A stretch of 53,697 nt of DNA from positions 1-53,697 of the forward strand of contig VBJI01000076.1 in assembly GCA_005880875.1 (NCBI GenBank). Reading direction: 5' to 3'. The DNA comes from Chloroflexota bacterium (GTDB taxonomy: Bacteria; Chloroflexota; Dormibacteria; CF-121). Positions 33,831-44,197 of this stretch are shown here, piece after piece (the stretch's first letter is position 1; every line of letters begins with the position of its first letter). Below the pieces are notes generated by a model that was given only the letters and a program-made list of their open reading frames with translations, had not been told where the DNA came from and did not search any database. Made by a program: the position numbers and the translations under genes.

Positions 33831-34639
33831 CGCCCCACCTCCACGCCGTTGACGGCATGCTGATCGACGAGCGCATGGACGCTGGGCCGGTCGCCACAAA
33901 CCGGGCAGTCGCGGTTGCGACGGTAGCGGACTTCGTGAAAGGTCATCGCCATGGTGTCGTGCAGCAACACTCGGTTGACCAGGCCGTCGCCGACGCCGGT
34001 GATGAGCTTGATGGTCTCGGCGGCCTGGATGGTGCCGATGATGCCGGGCAACGCCGCCAGCACCCCGACCTGTTCCGAGGCTTCGATCGCCCCGGGCGGC
34101 GGAGGTTGCGGATAGAGGCAGCGATAGCATCCGCGGCCCGGGAGGAAGACGGTGACCTGGCCCTCGATGCGAAAGATGCTGCCGTGCACCAGCGGTTTGC
34201 GCAGCAAGTACGCCGCATCGCTCAAGAGGTAGCGCGCGGCAAACGAGTCGGTGCCGTCCACGATGACGTCGAAGCGCCGCAGCAGCTCCATCGCGTTGTG
34301 CGCGTCGACCGTCTCCGCAAACGTCTCGACGCTGACGTCGGGGTTGAGACTCAAAACGGTTCGCGCGGCACCCTGGACCTTGGACTGGTCCAGCCCCTGC
34401 ATCGAATGGATGACCTGGCGCTGCAGGTTGGAGAGCCGCACCCGGTCGTGGTCGGCGAGACCGAGCGTCCCCACCCCGGCCGCCGCCAGATACAGCGCGG
34501 CCGGCGAGCCGAGGGCGCCAACCCCAACGATCAACACCCTGGCCTGCATCAGGCGCTGCTGGCCGCCAGGGCCGATCTCGGCCAGCGCCAGATGACGCGC
34601 GTAGCGCTGTCGCTGGTCGGCGGTAAACGGTGCCGCCAT
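33827..34639 (-). CDS. ThiF/MoeB/HesA-family E1-like adenylyltransferase (copy 2, conserved Cys replaced by Ser)
   Basis: The start was re-placed at ATG 34639 (MAAPFTADQRQRYARHLAL...). It has IVGVGALGS, DHDRVRLSNLQRQ, and CYRC plus CPVC. The position equivalent to the ThiF/MoeB Cys reads ASEQVGVL. Confidence 0.85.
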   Translation of the reverse strand: MAAPFTADQRQRYARHLALAEIGPGGQQRLMQARVLIVGVGALGSPAALYLAAAGVGTLGLADHDRVRLSNLQRQVIHSMQGLDQSKVQGAARTVLSLNPDVSVETFAETVDAHNAMELLRRFDVIVDGTDSFAARYLLSDAAYLLRKPLVHGSIFRIEGQVTVFLPGRGCYRCLYPQPPPPGAIEASEQVGVLAALPGIIGTIQAAETIKLITGVGDGLVNRVLLHDTMAMTFHEVRYRRNRDCPVCGDRPSVHALVDQHAVNGVEVGR

Positions 34640-35103
34640 CAGCTGCCCTTCGATGTGGCCGGCGCCGAGTGAAAGATTCCGTGAAACACGCGCGGCTCGA
34701 CCCGTCGCAGCCGCAGGCAATCCGCCAGCGTGTGCGACGCGAAGACGTCGCGAGCCGCCTGCTCGGCCTTCTCGCTCACCTGGGCAAGCACCCGGCTGTC
34801 GCCGGTGGTGGCGCCGTCGGGCTGCCGGCTCTCGCGACCATTCCCCTCCAGGCAGGTGATCACCTCATCCAGGCGAATCTCATCGGGCCGGCGTGCGAGC
34901 GTGTGCCCGCCGCGCGGTCCACGCGTCGACGTGACCAGGCCGGCGCGACGCAGGGTCATCAGCACCTGGTCGAGGAAAGGACCTGGGATGCTCTGCCGCC
35001 TCGCGATCTCGCCGCTCTGCAGCGCGCCGCGCCCGGCATTCGCCGCCAGCTCCACAATGGCGCGGACCCCGTACTCGGTTTTCATCGAAAAACGCATTCG
35101 CAT
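34639..35103 (-). CDS. Rrf2 family transcriptional regulator
   Basis: It has MKTEYGVRAIVELA...GEIARRQSIPGPFLDQVLMTLRRAGLVTSTRGPRGGHTLAR (winged helix). ATG 35085 is an alternative start. There is no Cys cluster for Fe-S in the C-terminal part. Confidence 0.8.
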   Translation of the reverse strand: MRMRFSMKTEYGVRAIVELAANAGRGALQSGEIARRQSIPGPFLDQVLMTLRRAGLVTSTRGPRGGHTLARRPDEIRLDEVITCLEGNGRESRQPDGATTGDSRVLAQVSEKAEQAARDVFASHTLADCLRLRRVEPRVFHGIFHSAPATSKGS

Positions 35104-35180
35104 CGCTAGGTCCTAAAAGTTGATCAGACCGGTCAAGTATATCGGAGCCAGGAGGTCAGGGTTGCGGGATCTCCCGCACG

Positions 35181-35630
35181 TCAGGCGATCCGCAACGCCA
35201 GCGCGAAGAAGAGCGCGCCCAGCACGACCAGCGGGACCGTGGTCGCAATCAGGCTCAGGCTGCGCAGGCCGATGGCACGCCGGTCCTCCGTCGACGATCG
35301 CACCCGGCTGCGGAGGATGAAACCTTCGACCGCGAGCAAGAGCGATGCGCCGCCCAGACCCAGGGCCACCATCACGATCGCCCAGTTGTTGTTCGGCGTG
35401 CCTTCGGTCCCGGTGAAGGCATTGAAGCTGGCAGCCAGCACCCCAACCAGCGCCACCAGCACGCCGAGCGGCACCAGGGTCAGATTGATGCCGCGGATGG
35501 TGCGTCCCGGCTCCGGGCGACGCGAGAACTGCCACGCCGAGGCGAGGATGAACGCCATGTAGGCCACGATCACCACATAGAAGAAGAGCGGCGTCAGGAT
35601 CTCGCCGAATGTAATTGCGGCCAGGACCAC
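35181..35630 (-). CDS. Hypothetical membrane protein (4 TM)
   Basis: Hydrophobic segments are visible, but I do not recognise the family. Confidence 0.5.
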   Translation of the reverse strand: MVLAAITFGEILTPLFFYVVIVAYMAFILASAWQFSRRPEPGRTIRGINLTLVPLGVLVALVGVLAASFNAFTGTEGTPNNNWAIVMVALGLGGASLLLAVEGFILRSRVRSSTEDRRAIGLRSLSLIATTVPLVVLGALFFALALRIA

Positions 35631-35707
35631 GTTGACAATCTAGTCTTCGCGACCTTCAGGTCGCCGTCCTCGCGCCCCTCGGGGCGCCGGCCTTTCGGCC
35701 GTGGTAG

Positions 35708-36067
35708 CTAACTCAATATTCGGTAGAGGTTGTTGAGCACGGCGAAGGTCGTGATCCACGCCGCGATCAGATAGGCATTCCAGACGGCCCGCCCCCGGCC
35801 GAAGATCAAGAGGAAGCCGACGAGCCCGGCGACCAACCCGAGCTTGATGGCGTAGACCGCCAGCTCGCCATGGGTGGCGATGATCGAGGCCGCCACACCA
35901 TTCAGCTCCTGGCGTCCCTCGGCGAGACCGATATGGGTGGTCGTGACGTCGAGTAGCTGGGCCGCGCAAAAACCGATCAGGATGAACGCCTTCTTTCCGG
36001 TCGACACCGGCTTCTTGCCGATGGTCCCCACCCGGCGCGCCATGACGGCCCGCGCCTCCCCGATCAT
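35708..36067 (-). CDS. Small membrane protein (possibly DUF5658-like)
   Basis: It has 3-4 TM segments, and LLDVTTTHIGLAEGRQELNGV resembles the DUF5658 pattern. This is a weak call. Confidence 0.45.
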   Translation of the reverse strand: MIGEARAVMARRVGTIGKKPVSTGKKAFILIGFCAAQLLDVTTTHIGLAEGRQELNGVAASIIATHGELAVYAIKLGLVAGLVGFLLIFGRGRAVWNAYLIAAWITTFAVLNNLYRILS

Positions 36068-36211
36068 GGTGCCGACTCTACAAGAGCGTTATCAGAAAAG
36101 CAACGTCCAGATTGGCGCTTTTCGAATACCGAGCGCTTCCCCTCCATGAGACTGCCCGGATTATATGAGCAGTTTTAGGCTCCGTCTAGAGCCAAGTTTC
36201 GCGACTTTCGA

Positions 36212-36778
36212 TCAGGCCGCTTTCTTGCCGCCGAGGATCTCGCGCCGCCGCTTGAACAGGTAGGGACCGGCGATCAGCAGGCCGCCCACCGCCAGCGCGC
36301 CCGCCCCCAGACGAAGATAGAAGGTCCACTCGGCCGGTGGATCGAGCGCCGGGTCGTAGATCGTGCGGGCGGTCAGCCTGAAACTCAATGCCCCGACCGC
36401 GCCGTTGAGCGTCCAGTTGCCAACCGTTGTCTGCGCATGATTCCAGCGCTGATCCTCGGTGACCGGGGGCAGGCTCGCGCAGGGCCAGGCCCCCGCGAGG
36501 TGGACGGGAATCGGCGCCCGGGGTGTCGCAGACTTCGGCTGGGCCGCGAACCGGAATGGCTTGGGAGGCTTGCTCAGGTCGAAGAGGACGACGTCCTGGC
36601 CGGTTTGATTTTGGAGCACGAGGTCACATCCACCGGGTGACCCCTCGATGGTGAGGCCCGGCGTTTTGGGAACGATGCTGTCGACGACGGTTCTGAAGGG
36701 CTGGTCCTCGGCCACGGCCGTGGCGGAAAACAGCAGGGTGGCGGCCAGGGGGACGAACACCACCGCTAGGCGTTTCAC
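36212..36778 (-). CDS. Exported hypothetical protein with signal peptide and C-terminal TM anchor
   Basis: Only the 3' third of track ORF 36212..37465 is credible. GTG 36778 gives (V)KRLAVVFVPLAATLLFSATAVAEDQ (a signal peptide) and the C-terminal GAGALAVGGLLIAGPYLFKRRRE. The rest of that ORF is antisense to a clear crotonase gene. Confidence 0.55.
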   Translation of the reverse strand: MKRLAVVFVPLAATLLFSATAVAEDQPFRTVVDSIVPKTPGLTIEGSPGGCDLVLQNQTGQDVVLFDLSKPPKPFRFAAQPKSATPRAPIPVHLAGAWPCASLPPVTEDQRWNHAQTTVGNWTLNGAVGALSFRLTARTIYDPALDPPAEWTFYLRLGAGALAVGGLLIAGPYLFKRRREILGGKKAA

Positions 36779-36826
36779 CCCCCTATAACGGCGATCCCGC
36801 CCGCGGCTGGCGCTAAACTCGGCCCC

Positions 36827-37600
36827 ATGCCGTTCGAATTCGTTCTGACCGAGGTGCGCGGACCGGTCGGCATCGTGACCATCAACCGGCCGCAGGTCCG
36901 GAATGCGCTCAACCATCAAACGATTGGTGAGCTGGTCGAGGCGCTGGAGACCTTCGATCGCGATGACGCCGTCCGCTGCATGCTCCTGACCGGCGACGAC
37001 CAGGCCTTCGCCGCCGGCGCGGATATTTCCCAGATGGCAGACGCGGGGGCGGTCGAGGTGCTCGACGATGACAACTTCGCCCGCTGGGCTCGCTTCAAGG
37101 CGATTCGCAAGCCGGTGATCGCCGCGGTCAGCGGCTATGCGTTGGGCGGCGGCTGCGAGCTGGCCTTGATGTGCGACCTCGTGGTCGCCAGCGAGACCGC
37201 GCTCTTTGGCCAGCCGGAGGTGAAGATCGGCATCATCCCGGGCGCGGGTGGCACCCAGCGGTGGACGCGATCCGCCGGCAAGGTCCGCGCCATGGAGGCC
37301 GTGCTGATCGGCGAGCCGGTGCGGGCCGTCGACGCGGAACGGATGGGGCTGATCAACCGCGTGGTCGCCGCCGGCGCCCAGCTCGACGAGGCGCTGCGGC
37401 TCGCCAACCTGATCGCCGCTCGCCCGCCGCTTGCGGTTCGGCTCGCGAAGGAAGCCGTCAACCACGCGATGGAAGTCGGGCTCGACGCCGGGCTCGATTT
37501 TGAACGAAAGCTCTTCTATCTACTGTTCGCCACAGAGGACAAACGCGAAGGGATGCGCGCCTTCCTGGAAAAGCGGCCGGGCCGGTTCAGCGGGCGATGA
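36827..37600 (+). CDS. Enoyl-CoA hydratase (crotonase family)
   Basis: It has GIVTINRPQVRNALN, LTGDDQAFAAGADI and GYALGGGCELALMCD. Confidence 0.9.
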   Translation: MPFEFVLTEVRGPVGIVTINRPQVRNALNHQTIGELVEALETFDRDDAVRCMLLTGDDQAFAAGADISQMADAGAVEVLDDDNFARWARFKAIRKPVIAAVSGYALGGGCELALMCDLVVASETALFGQPEVKIGIIPGAGGTQRWTRSAGKVRAMEAVLIGEPVRAVDAERMGLINRVVAAGAQLDEALRLANLIAARPPLAVRLAKEAVNHAMEVGLDAGLDFERKLFYLLFATEDKREGMRAFLEKRPGRFSGR

Positions 37601-38382
37601 CCGACACCACGCTCAGCGCCCGGGACGGCGCGGTCCTGACGCTGACCATCAATCGGCCCGACGCGCTCAATGCGCTCAACCCGCCAACCATGCGAGCCCT
37701 GCGAAATGGCATCGACGCGGCGGGCCGTGATCCGGAGGTCGGCGCGGTCATCCTCACCGGCTCGGGCCGGGCGTTTTGCGCCGGAGCCGACCTCAAGGAT
37801 GTCAGCAGTCGGCTCGACGCCGCCGATACCGACGTGGGCAACGACCTGCGAGCGAACTATGTCCCACTGACGAGGGCGATCCGCTCCTGTCCAAAGCCCG
37901 TGATCGCCGCGTTGAACGGCACCGCCGCCGGCGCGGGCCTGAGCCTAGCGCTGGCCTGTGACCTGCGGATCGCGGTCGCCGGCGCGCAGCTGATCGTCGC
38001 ATTCGTTCGGGTTGGTCTCGTTCCGGACGCCGGCAGCCTGTACTTTCTGACGCGGATGCTTGGTCTGAGTAAGGCGACCGAGCTGGCGATGACGGGCGAC
38101 CCGCTATCGGTGGAGGACGCGCAGCAGCTCGGTTTGATCGCCGCGGTCGTGCCGGCCGATCAGTTGATGCCGGCGGCGCTGGAACGCGCGCACCGTCTCG
38201 CCGGCGGGCCGAGGCGGACCTATGCCCTGATCAAGCGCGGCCTCGTCCGCGCCCTCGACCTCGACCTGGAACAGGTGATGGAGCTGGAAGCCCAGCTTCA
38301 GACGCTGGCCGCGCGGACCCCCGATGCCCAGGAGGCGATCCGCGCCTTCATCGAAAAGCGCAAGCCGGTATTTCGCGCCTGA
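37597..38382 (+). CDS. Enoyl-CoA hydratase/isomerase family protein
   Basis: It has LTINRPDALNALN, LTGSGRAFCAGADL and NGTAAGAGLSLALACD. It forms an ATGA overlap with the preceding gene. Confidence 0.88.
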   Translation: MTDTTLSARDGAVLTLTINRPDALNALNPPTMRALRNGIDAAGRDPEVGAVILTGSGRAFCAGADLKDVSSRLDAADTDVGNDLRANYVPLTRAIRSCPKPVIAALNGTAAGAGLSLALACDLRIAVAGAQLIVAFVRVGLVPDAGSLYFLTRMLGLSKATELAMTGDPLSVEDAQQLGLIAAVVPADQLMPAALERAHRLAGGPRRTYALIKRGLVRALDLDLEQVMELEAQLQTLAARTPDAQEAIRAFIEKRKPVFRA

Positions 38383-38416
38383 AAAAAGAAAGAGCGGCGG
38401 TGTTACCCGCCGCTCT
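38382..38416 (-). terminator. Intrinsic terminator for the MgtC-family gene (10-bp stem AGAGCGGCGG/CCGCCGCTCT, loop 6 nt, minus-strand tail TTTCTTTTTT); possibly bidirectional
   Basis: Read directly from the sequence. It lies 58 nt downstream of the minus-strand stop at 38474 and immediately after the plus-strand stop at 38382. Confidence 0.7.
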
Positions 38417-38473
38417 CACTTAAGTCAATTAATGCCATGGGCACCACCTCCCAGACCTTAGGCGGCCATTGTA

Positions 38474-39154
38474 TCAGTTGCCGGCTCGGATCCGATCTTC
38501 GACCAGGTCGCGGGAGATCAGGATCTGGCGGGCACCCTCCAAGGAGCGGAGTTGGTGCAGCAGCTCGGCGGTGGTGCGCCCCTGGGGCAGGCCGACATCG
38601 ATCTCCAGCCGGTCGTCGGTGTCGTTCAACTCGTGAATCCGCAACGACTGGGGAAACGCGCCAATCGCGCCGAGCGCCGAGCGCACTCGTTCAATCTCGG
38701 CGTCGGACCGCGGCACGACCAGGCTGACGGTCGCCTCGTTCGGCCGCTTGAAGAAGCGGCGCTCGATTGGCTTCAGTACCATCAGCACCGCCAGGATGAG
38801 CAGGGTGGTGAAGACGGCCTCGAAATATTGCGCCGTCGCTGCCGCCATCCCGATGGCGGCCGTCGCCCAGATGGTGGCGGCGGTGGTCAACCCCCGCACC
38901 AGGTCCTTACGCAGGAAGATGGTGCCGGCGCCCAGAAAGCCGATCCCGGTCACGATCTGCGCCGCCACCCGGGAGGGGTCGGTCTGGCTGAAGCCGTAGG
39001 CCCCCACGATGGTGAAGAGGCACGATCCCAGGGACACCATCGTCACCGTGCGTAAGCCGGCCGCCCGCTCCTGGCGTTCGCGCTCGAGACCGATGAGCGC
39101 CCCCAGCACCAGCGATATGAGCAGGCGCAGCATCAGGTCGAGCGCGTTCGGCAC
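38474..39154 (-). CDS. MgtC/SapB family membrane protein with C-terminal ACT-like domain
   Basis: It has LRLLISLVLGALIGLERERQERAAGLRT, then GIGFLGAG. Confidence 0.85.
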   Translation of the reverse strand: MPNALDLMLRLLISLVLGALIGLERERQERAAGLRTVTMVSLGSCLFTIVGAYGFSQTDPSRVAAQIVTGIGFLGAGTIFLRKDLVRGLTTAATIWATAAIGMAAATAQYFEAVFTTLLILAVLMVLKPIERRFFKRPNEATVSLVVPRSDAEIERVRSALGAIGAFPQSLRIHELNDTDDRLEIDVGLPQGRTTAELLHQLRSLEGARQILISRDLVEDRIRAGN

Positions 39155-39198
39155 GGCGCTATCGTACTGCCGCGCCGTCGGCGGTGACGTCGCTCGGC

Positions 39199-39579
39199 TC
39201 AGGCGGCCGTGTACAGTCCGCTGTCGAAGGACTCGCTGTCCGGTTCGACGATCGAGGCGCGCCGCTCACTGAAGAGCGCCTCTTCCACGGCGAACAGGGC
39301 ATCCATCAGCTTCGCGATGCCAACCTTGACCTTGATATTCGCCAGCTGGTCGGGGATCGATTGGATCGGTCCCACCAGGGCGAGGATCTCGTCGAGCCGC
39401 GGCTCATACGAGATCGGGACCCGCTTCATGCCCTTCAGGTTCAGCTCCTCGAGCTCCTGCAGCAAGCGGTCGATCAGCTGAACCGGCCGCCGCAGCCGGT
39501 CCTGGCGGGCCTTCAGGTCGCGGTACTCCCGCTCGGCGTCCCGGATATGCGCATTAGTCTTCGCAAGTAATCCTGTCAT
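39199..39579 (-). CDS. Hypothetical protein (coiled-coil N-terminus)
   Basis: The composition looks protein-like, but I do not recognise the family. Confidence 0.5.
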   Translation of the reverse strand: MTGLLAKTNAHIRDAEREYRDLKARQDRLRRPVQLIDRLLQELEELNLKGMKRVPISYEPRLDEILALVGPIQSIPDQLANIKVKVGIAKLMDALFAVEEALFSERRASIVEPDSESFDSGLYTAA

Positions 39580-39715
39580 GAGCGGACCCTCGTTTCATGC
39601 GGCCGTGATTGCTTCTACACGGTGCCAAATCGAATTGACCCGGCATTTATTCCCGCCCGGCCCGACCAGTTTTTGGCCGGACCGATCGAAAGCCGGGCCG
39701 TACACTTTCGATCAC

Positions 39716-41581
<1,866 letters not shown>

Positions 41582-41625
41582 ACCGGGGTCTGAGCCGGTC
41601 CCCCGCGCCGCTCGCCCCGGTGGCG

Positions 41626-42279
41626 ATGCGACAGCGCGCGCTGCTTCTGCCGGCGGTCTCGATCGCCTATGCGATCGCGTTCGCCGCCGCGCTGCTCGCC
41701 ATCGATCAGCTCGCCGAATACATGCCGGGGTCCTGGTTCGAGGTGCTGGGCGCGGCGGTGCTGGTCCTGTGTCTGATGACCGTGGCGTTACTTCTCCGAA
41801 CCGCCTGGCGCCGGCATCGGGAAGGACTCGATCGCCGCGGTGTGTTCTGGGCCGGTGGCGCGGCCGGCGCCGCGGTGGTCGGCATCGTGGCCGTCCTGGG
41901 CCTGTTCGAAAACGCCCAGATCGCGTCAGTCATCAGCGGGGCCGACACCCACTTTACGAAGCCGATCATCGAAGCGCTGCCGAGGCCGGCAGGCACAACG
42001 CTGCTCGACGAACAACCCGGTCTCGCCGACACCGAGAGCATCTCGGAGGACTTCACCGCGAAGGACCTCAACAGCATTGTCCCGTTCTACGAGGCTGCCC
42101 TGGCCAAGGACGGGTGGGTCGAGGACAAGACCTCCGCAACGACCCCTATCGTGCGTTTCACCAAAGATCCGTTCGTCCTTTCGGTCGCGATCGACCAGCC
42201 CTCGAGTGGCTACACCCTGACGGTCGACCGGGTGCTGACGTCCCCCTCGGCATCACTCTCACCGGGCATCAGTCCGTAG
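41626..42279 (+). CDS. Hypothetical membrane protein (3 TM plus extracytoplasmic domain)
   Basis: ATG 41626 lies inside track ORF 41233..42279. The upstream part of that ORF overlaps the ABC-F gene and is Arg/Gly-rich. Confidence 0.55.
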   Translation: MRQRALLLPAVSIAYAIAFAAALLAIDQLAEYMPGSWFEVLGAAVLVLCLMTVALLLRTAWRRHREGLDRRGVFWAGGAAGAAVVGIVAVLGLFENAQIASVISGADTHFTKPIIEALPRPAGTTLLDEQPGLADTESISEDFTAKDLNSIVPFYEAALAKDGWVEDKTSATTPIVRFTKDPFVLSVAIDQPSSGYTLTVDRVLTSPSASLSPGISP

Positions 42280-42403
42280 CCCTTTAGGCGCCCCGCACAA
42301 AAAGCCGTAGCGGAACTCGTCCCTCTGGCCCGATGACCGCCGCAGCGCTCGCCCCTAGGATCGAGGCAGTCGGATCACCGTGTTCAACGGAGGGAATGTA
42401 TCT

Positions 42404-43861
42404 ATGGCGATCGACCAGGGCGTGCGCTCGAAAAGGGAAACCAGGGCGGATGCCCAGTCTGTCATCGACCTGGCCCACAAGCAGGGGCTCAAGATCGTCG
42501 ACCTCAAGTTCATCGACCTGATCGGGACCTGGCAGCATTTCTCGATTCCGGTCCAGGAACTGACCAAGAGTCTCTTCAGTGAGGGCATCGGCTTCGACGG
42601 CTCGAGCATTCGGGGCTTCCAGCAGATCCACGAGAGCGACATGCTGCTGATTCCGGATCCGTCGACGGCGATCGTCGACCCGGTCCTGCGGGTGCCGACC
42701 CTCAGCATCAGCTGCGACGTGATCGACCCGATCACCCGCCAGCCCTACTCGCGCGATCCGCGCTATGTGGGCAAGAAGGCCGAAGCTTTTTTGCTCTCAA
42801 CCGGCATCGCCGACACCAGCTTCTTCGGGCCGGAGTGTGAGTTCTACATCTTCAACAGCATGCGCTTCGACCAGAACCAGTTTTCGGGCATGTATGAGAT
42901 CGATTCGGTCGAAGGCGTCTGGAACTCGGGCAAGAATTCCGAGCCGAACCAGGCCTACCGGCCGCGCTACAAAGAAGGGTATTTCCCGGTGCCGCCCACC
43001 GACAAGCTCCAGGACCTCCGCTCCCAGATCGTCCTCAAGCTGATCGAGGCGGGCATCGACGTCGAGGTCCACCACCACGAGGTCGGCACTGCGGGCCAGA
43101 CCGAGATCGACATGCGCTACGACACCCTGGTGAGCATGGCTGACAAAGTGATGATGTACAAGTACGTCGTCAAGAACGTCTGCGCCCAGAACGGGTTTGT
43201 GGCGACCTTCATGCCCAAGCCCCTCTTCATGGACAACGGGTCGGGCATGCACACCCATCAGAGCCTCTGGAAAGACGGCGTCCCCCTCTTCTATGACAAG
43301 GCGGGCTACGCGGGGATCAGTGAGATGTGCCGCTGGTACATCGGCGGCCTGCTGAAGCATGCGCCGTCGTTGCTGGCCTTCGCCGCGCCAACGACCAATT
43401 CCTACCGCCGCCTGGTGCCCGGGTACGAGGCGCCGATCAACCTGATCTACTCGAAGCGCAACCGCAGCGCCTGCGTGCGCATCCCGATGTACTTCGACAA
43501 TCCCAAGGCCAAGCGGCTCGAGTTCCGGACCCCGGACCCGTCGTGCAACCCCTACCTGTCATTCGCTGCCTGCCTGATGGCCGGTTTGGACGGCGTCATC
43601 AACAAGATCGAGCCGCCCAAGCCGATCGACGAAGACCTGTACGAGCTCGAACCTGAGTTGAAGCGCCAGGTCAAGAGCACCCCGGGTTCGCTGCCCGAAG
43701 TGCTGGACGCGCTGGAGATCGACAACGAATATCTCACCCGGGGCGACGTCTTCACCAGCGACCTGATCGAGACCTGGATCGACTACAAGCGCGTACGCGA
43801 ATACGACCAGGTCGCGCTGCGGCCCCACCCCTGGGAGTTCTACCTCTACCACGACATCTAG
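42404..43861 (+). CDS. glnA: Glutamine synthetase type I (GSI-beta-like, adenylylation-type Tyr context DLYELEPE)
   Basis: It has [44 protein letters not shown] and [15 protein letters not shown] 42404 lies 9 nt after GGAGGG; the track start GTG 42380 is less likely. Confidence 0.92.
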   Translation: MAIDQGVRSKRETRADAQSVIDLAHKQGLKIVDLKFIDLIGTWQHFSIPVQELTKSLFSEGIGFDGSSIRGFQQIHESDMLLIPDPSTAIVDPVLRVPTLSISCDVIDPITRQPYSRDPRYVGKKAEAFLLSTGIADTSFFGPECEFYIFNSMRFDQNQFSGMYEIDSVEGVWNSGKNSEPNQAYRPRYKEGYFPVPPTDKLQDLRSQIVLKLIEAGIDVEVHHHEVGTAGQTEIDMRYDTLVSMADKVMMYKYVVKNVCAQNGFVATFMPKPLFMDNGSGMHTHQSLWKDGVPLFYDKAGYAGISEMCRWYIGGLLKHAPSLLAFAAPTTNSYRRLVPGYEAPINLIYSKRNRSACVRIPMYFDNPKAKRLEFRTPDPSCNPYLSFAACLMAGLDGVINKIEPPKPIDEDLYELEPELKRQVKSTPGSLPEVLDALEIDNEYLTRGDVFTSDLIETWIDYKRVREYDQVALRPHPWEFYLYHDI

Positions 43862-43897
43862 TTCGTCGCTCGATCCGTTTACGCCGTTCGTCGTTGT

Positions 43898-43930
43898 GGC
43901 GGCTGCCACTCGCCCTGGCAGCCGCCTTCG
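43898..43930 (+). terminator. Perfect 10-bp GC-rich hairpin (GGCGGCTGCC/GGCAGCCGCC) downstream of glnA; weak U-tract
   Basis: Read directly from the sequence. It lies 37 nt after the glnA stop and is followed by TTCGTGACG. Confidence 0.45.
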
Positions 43931-44197
43931 TGACGTCTGAGAATCCGCCAACCCGAGGAACAGAAGAGGACGAACCTATGGACGATGCGTTAGAGCGAGA
44001 CAAGCCCTGGCGACCCGCTGATCATCCGCGGCCCGGCCCGTCCTGGGATCACGTCGATCCTCCGGCGGCCTCCGAGCACAAAGGAGTACCTGACGGCGAA
44101 GACTGAGACGGCGACCGGCCGCGCGGCGAGCCCGACCGTCGAGCGCGCGCTCGAGCGGCTATCGGAGCGCGGCATCCGCTTCCTGGACCTGCGCTTC

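Noticed and set aside
36068-36211. A promoter or riboswitch in the relatively AT-rich gap upstream of the DUF5658-like gene (TATAAT on the minus strand, hairpin GCGCT...AGCGC)
   Set aside because: The TATAAT has no acceptable -35 at 16-18 nt, and the hairpin is short. There is not enough evidence to annotate it.
36779-37465. The N-terminal two-thirds of track ORF 36212..37465 (-)
   Set aside because: This part is antisense to an unmistakable crotonase gene (36827..37600 +). Only the part downstream of GTG 36778, which starts with a signal peptide, was kept.
43862-44089. A glutamine (glnA RNA) riboswitch or other cis-regulatory RNA between the two GS genes, and the 70-aa ORF 43894..44106
   Set aside because: I could not find the conserved glnA-motif core. 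The only clear structure is a simple 10-bp hairpin, better explained as a terminator. The 70-aa ORF spans that hairpin and has no recognisable features.
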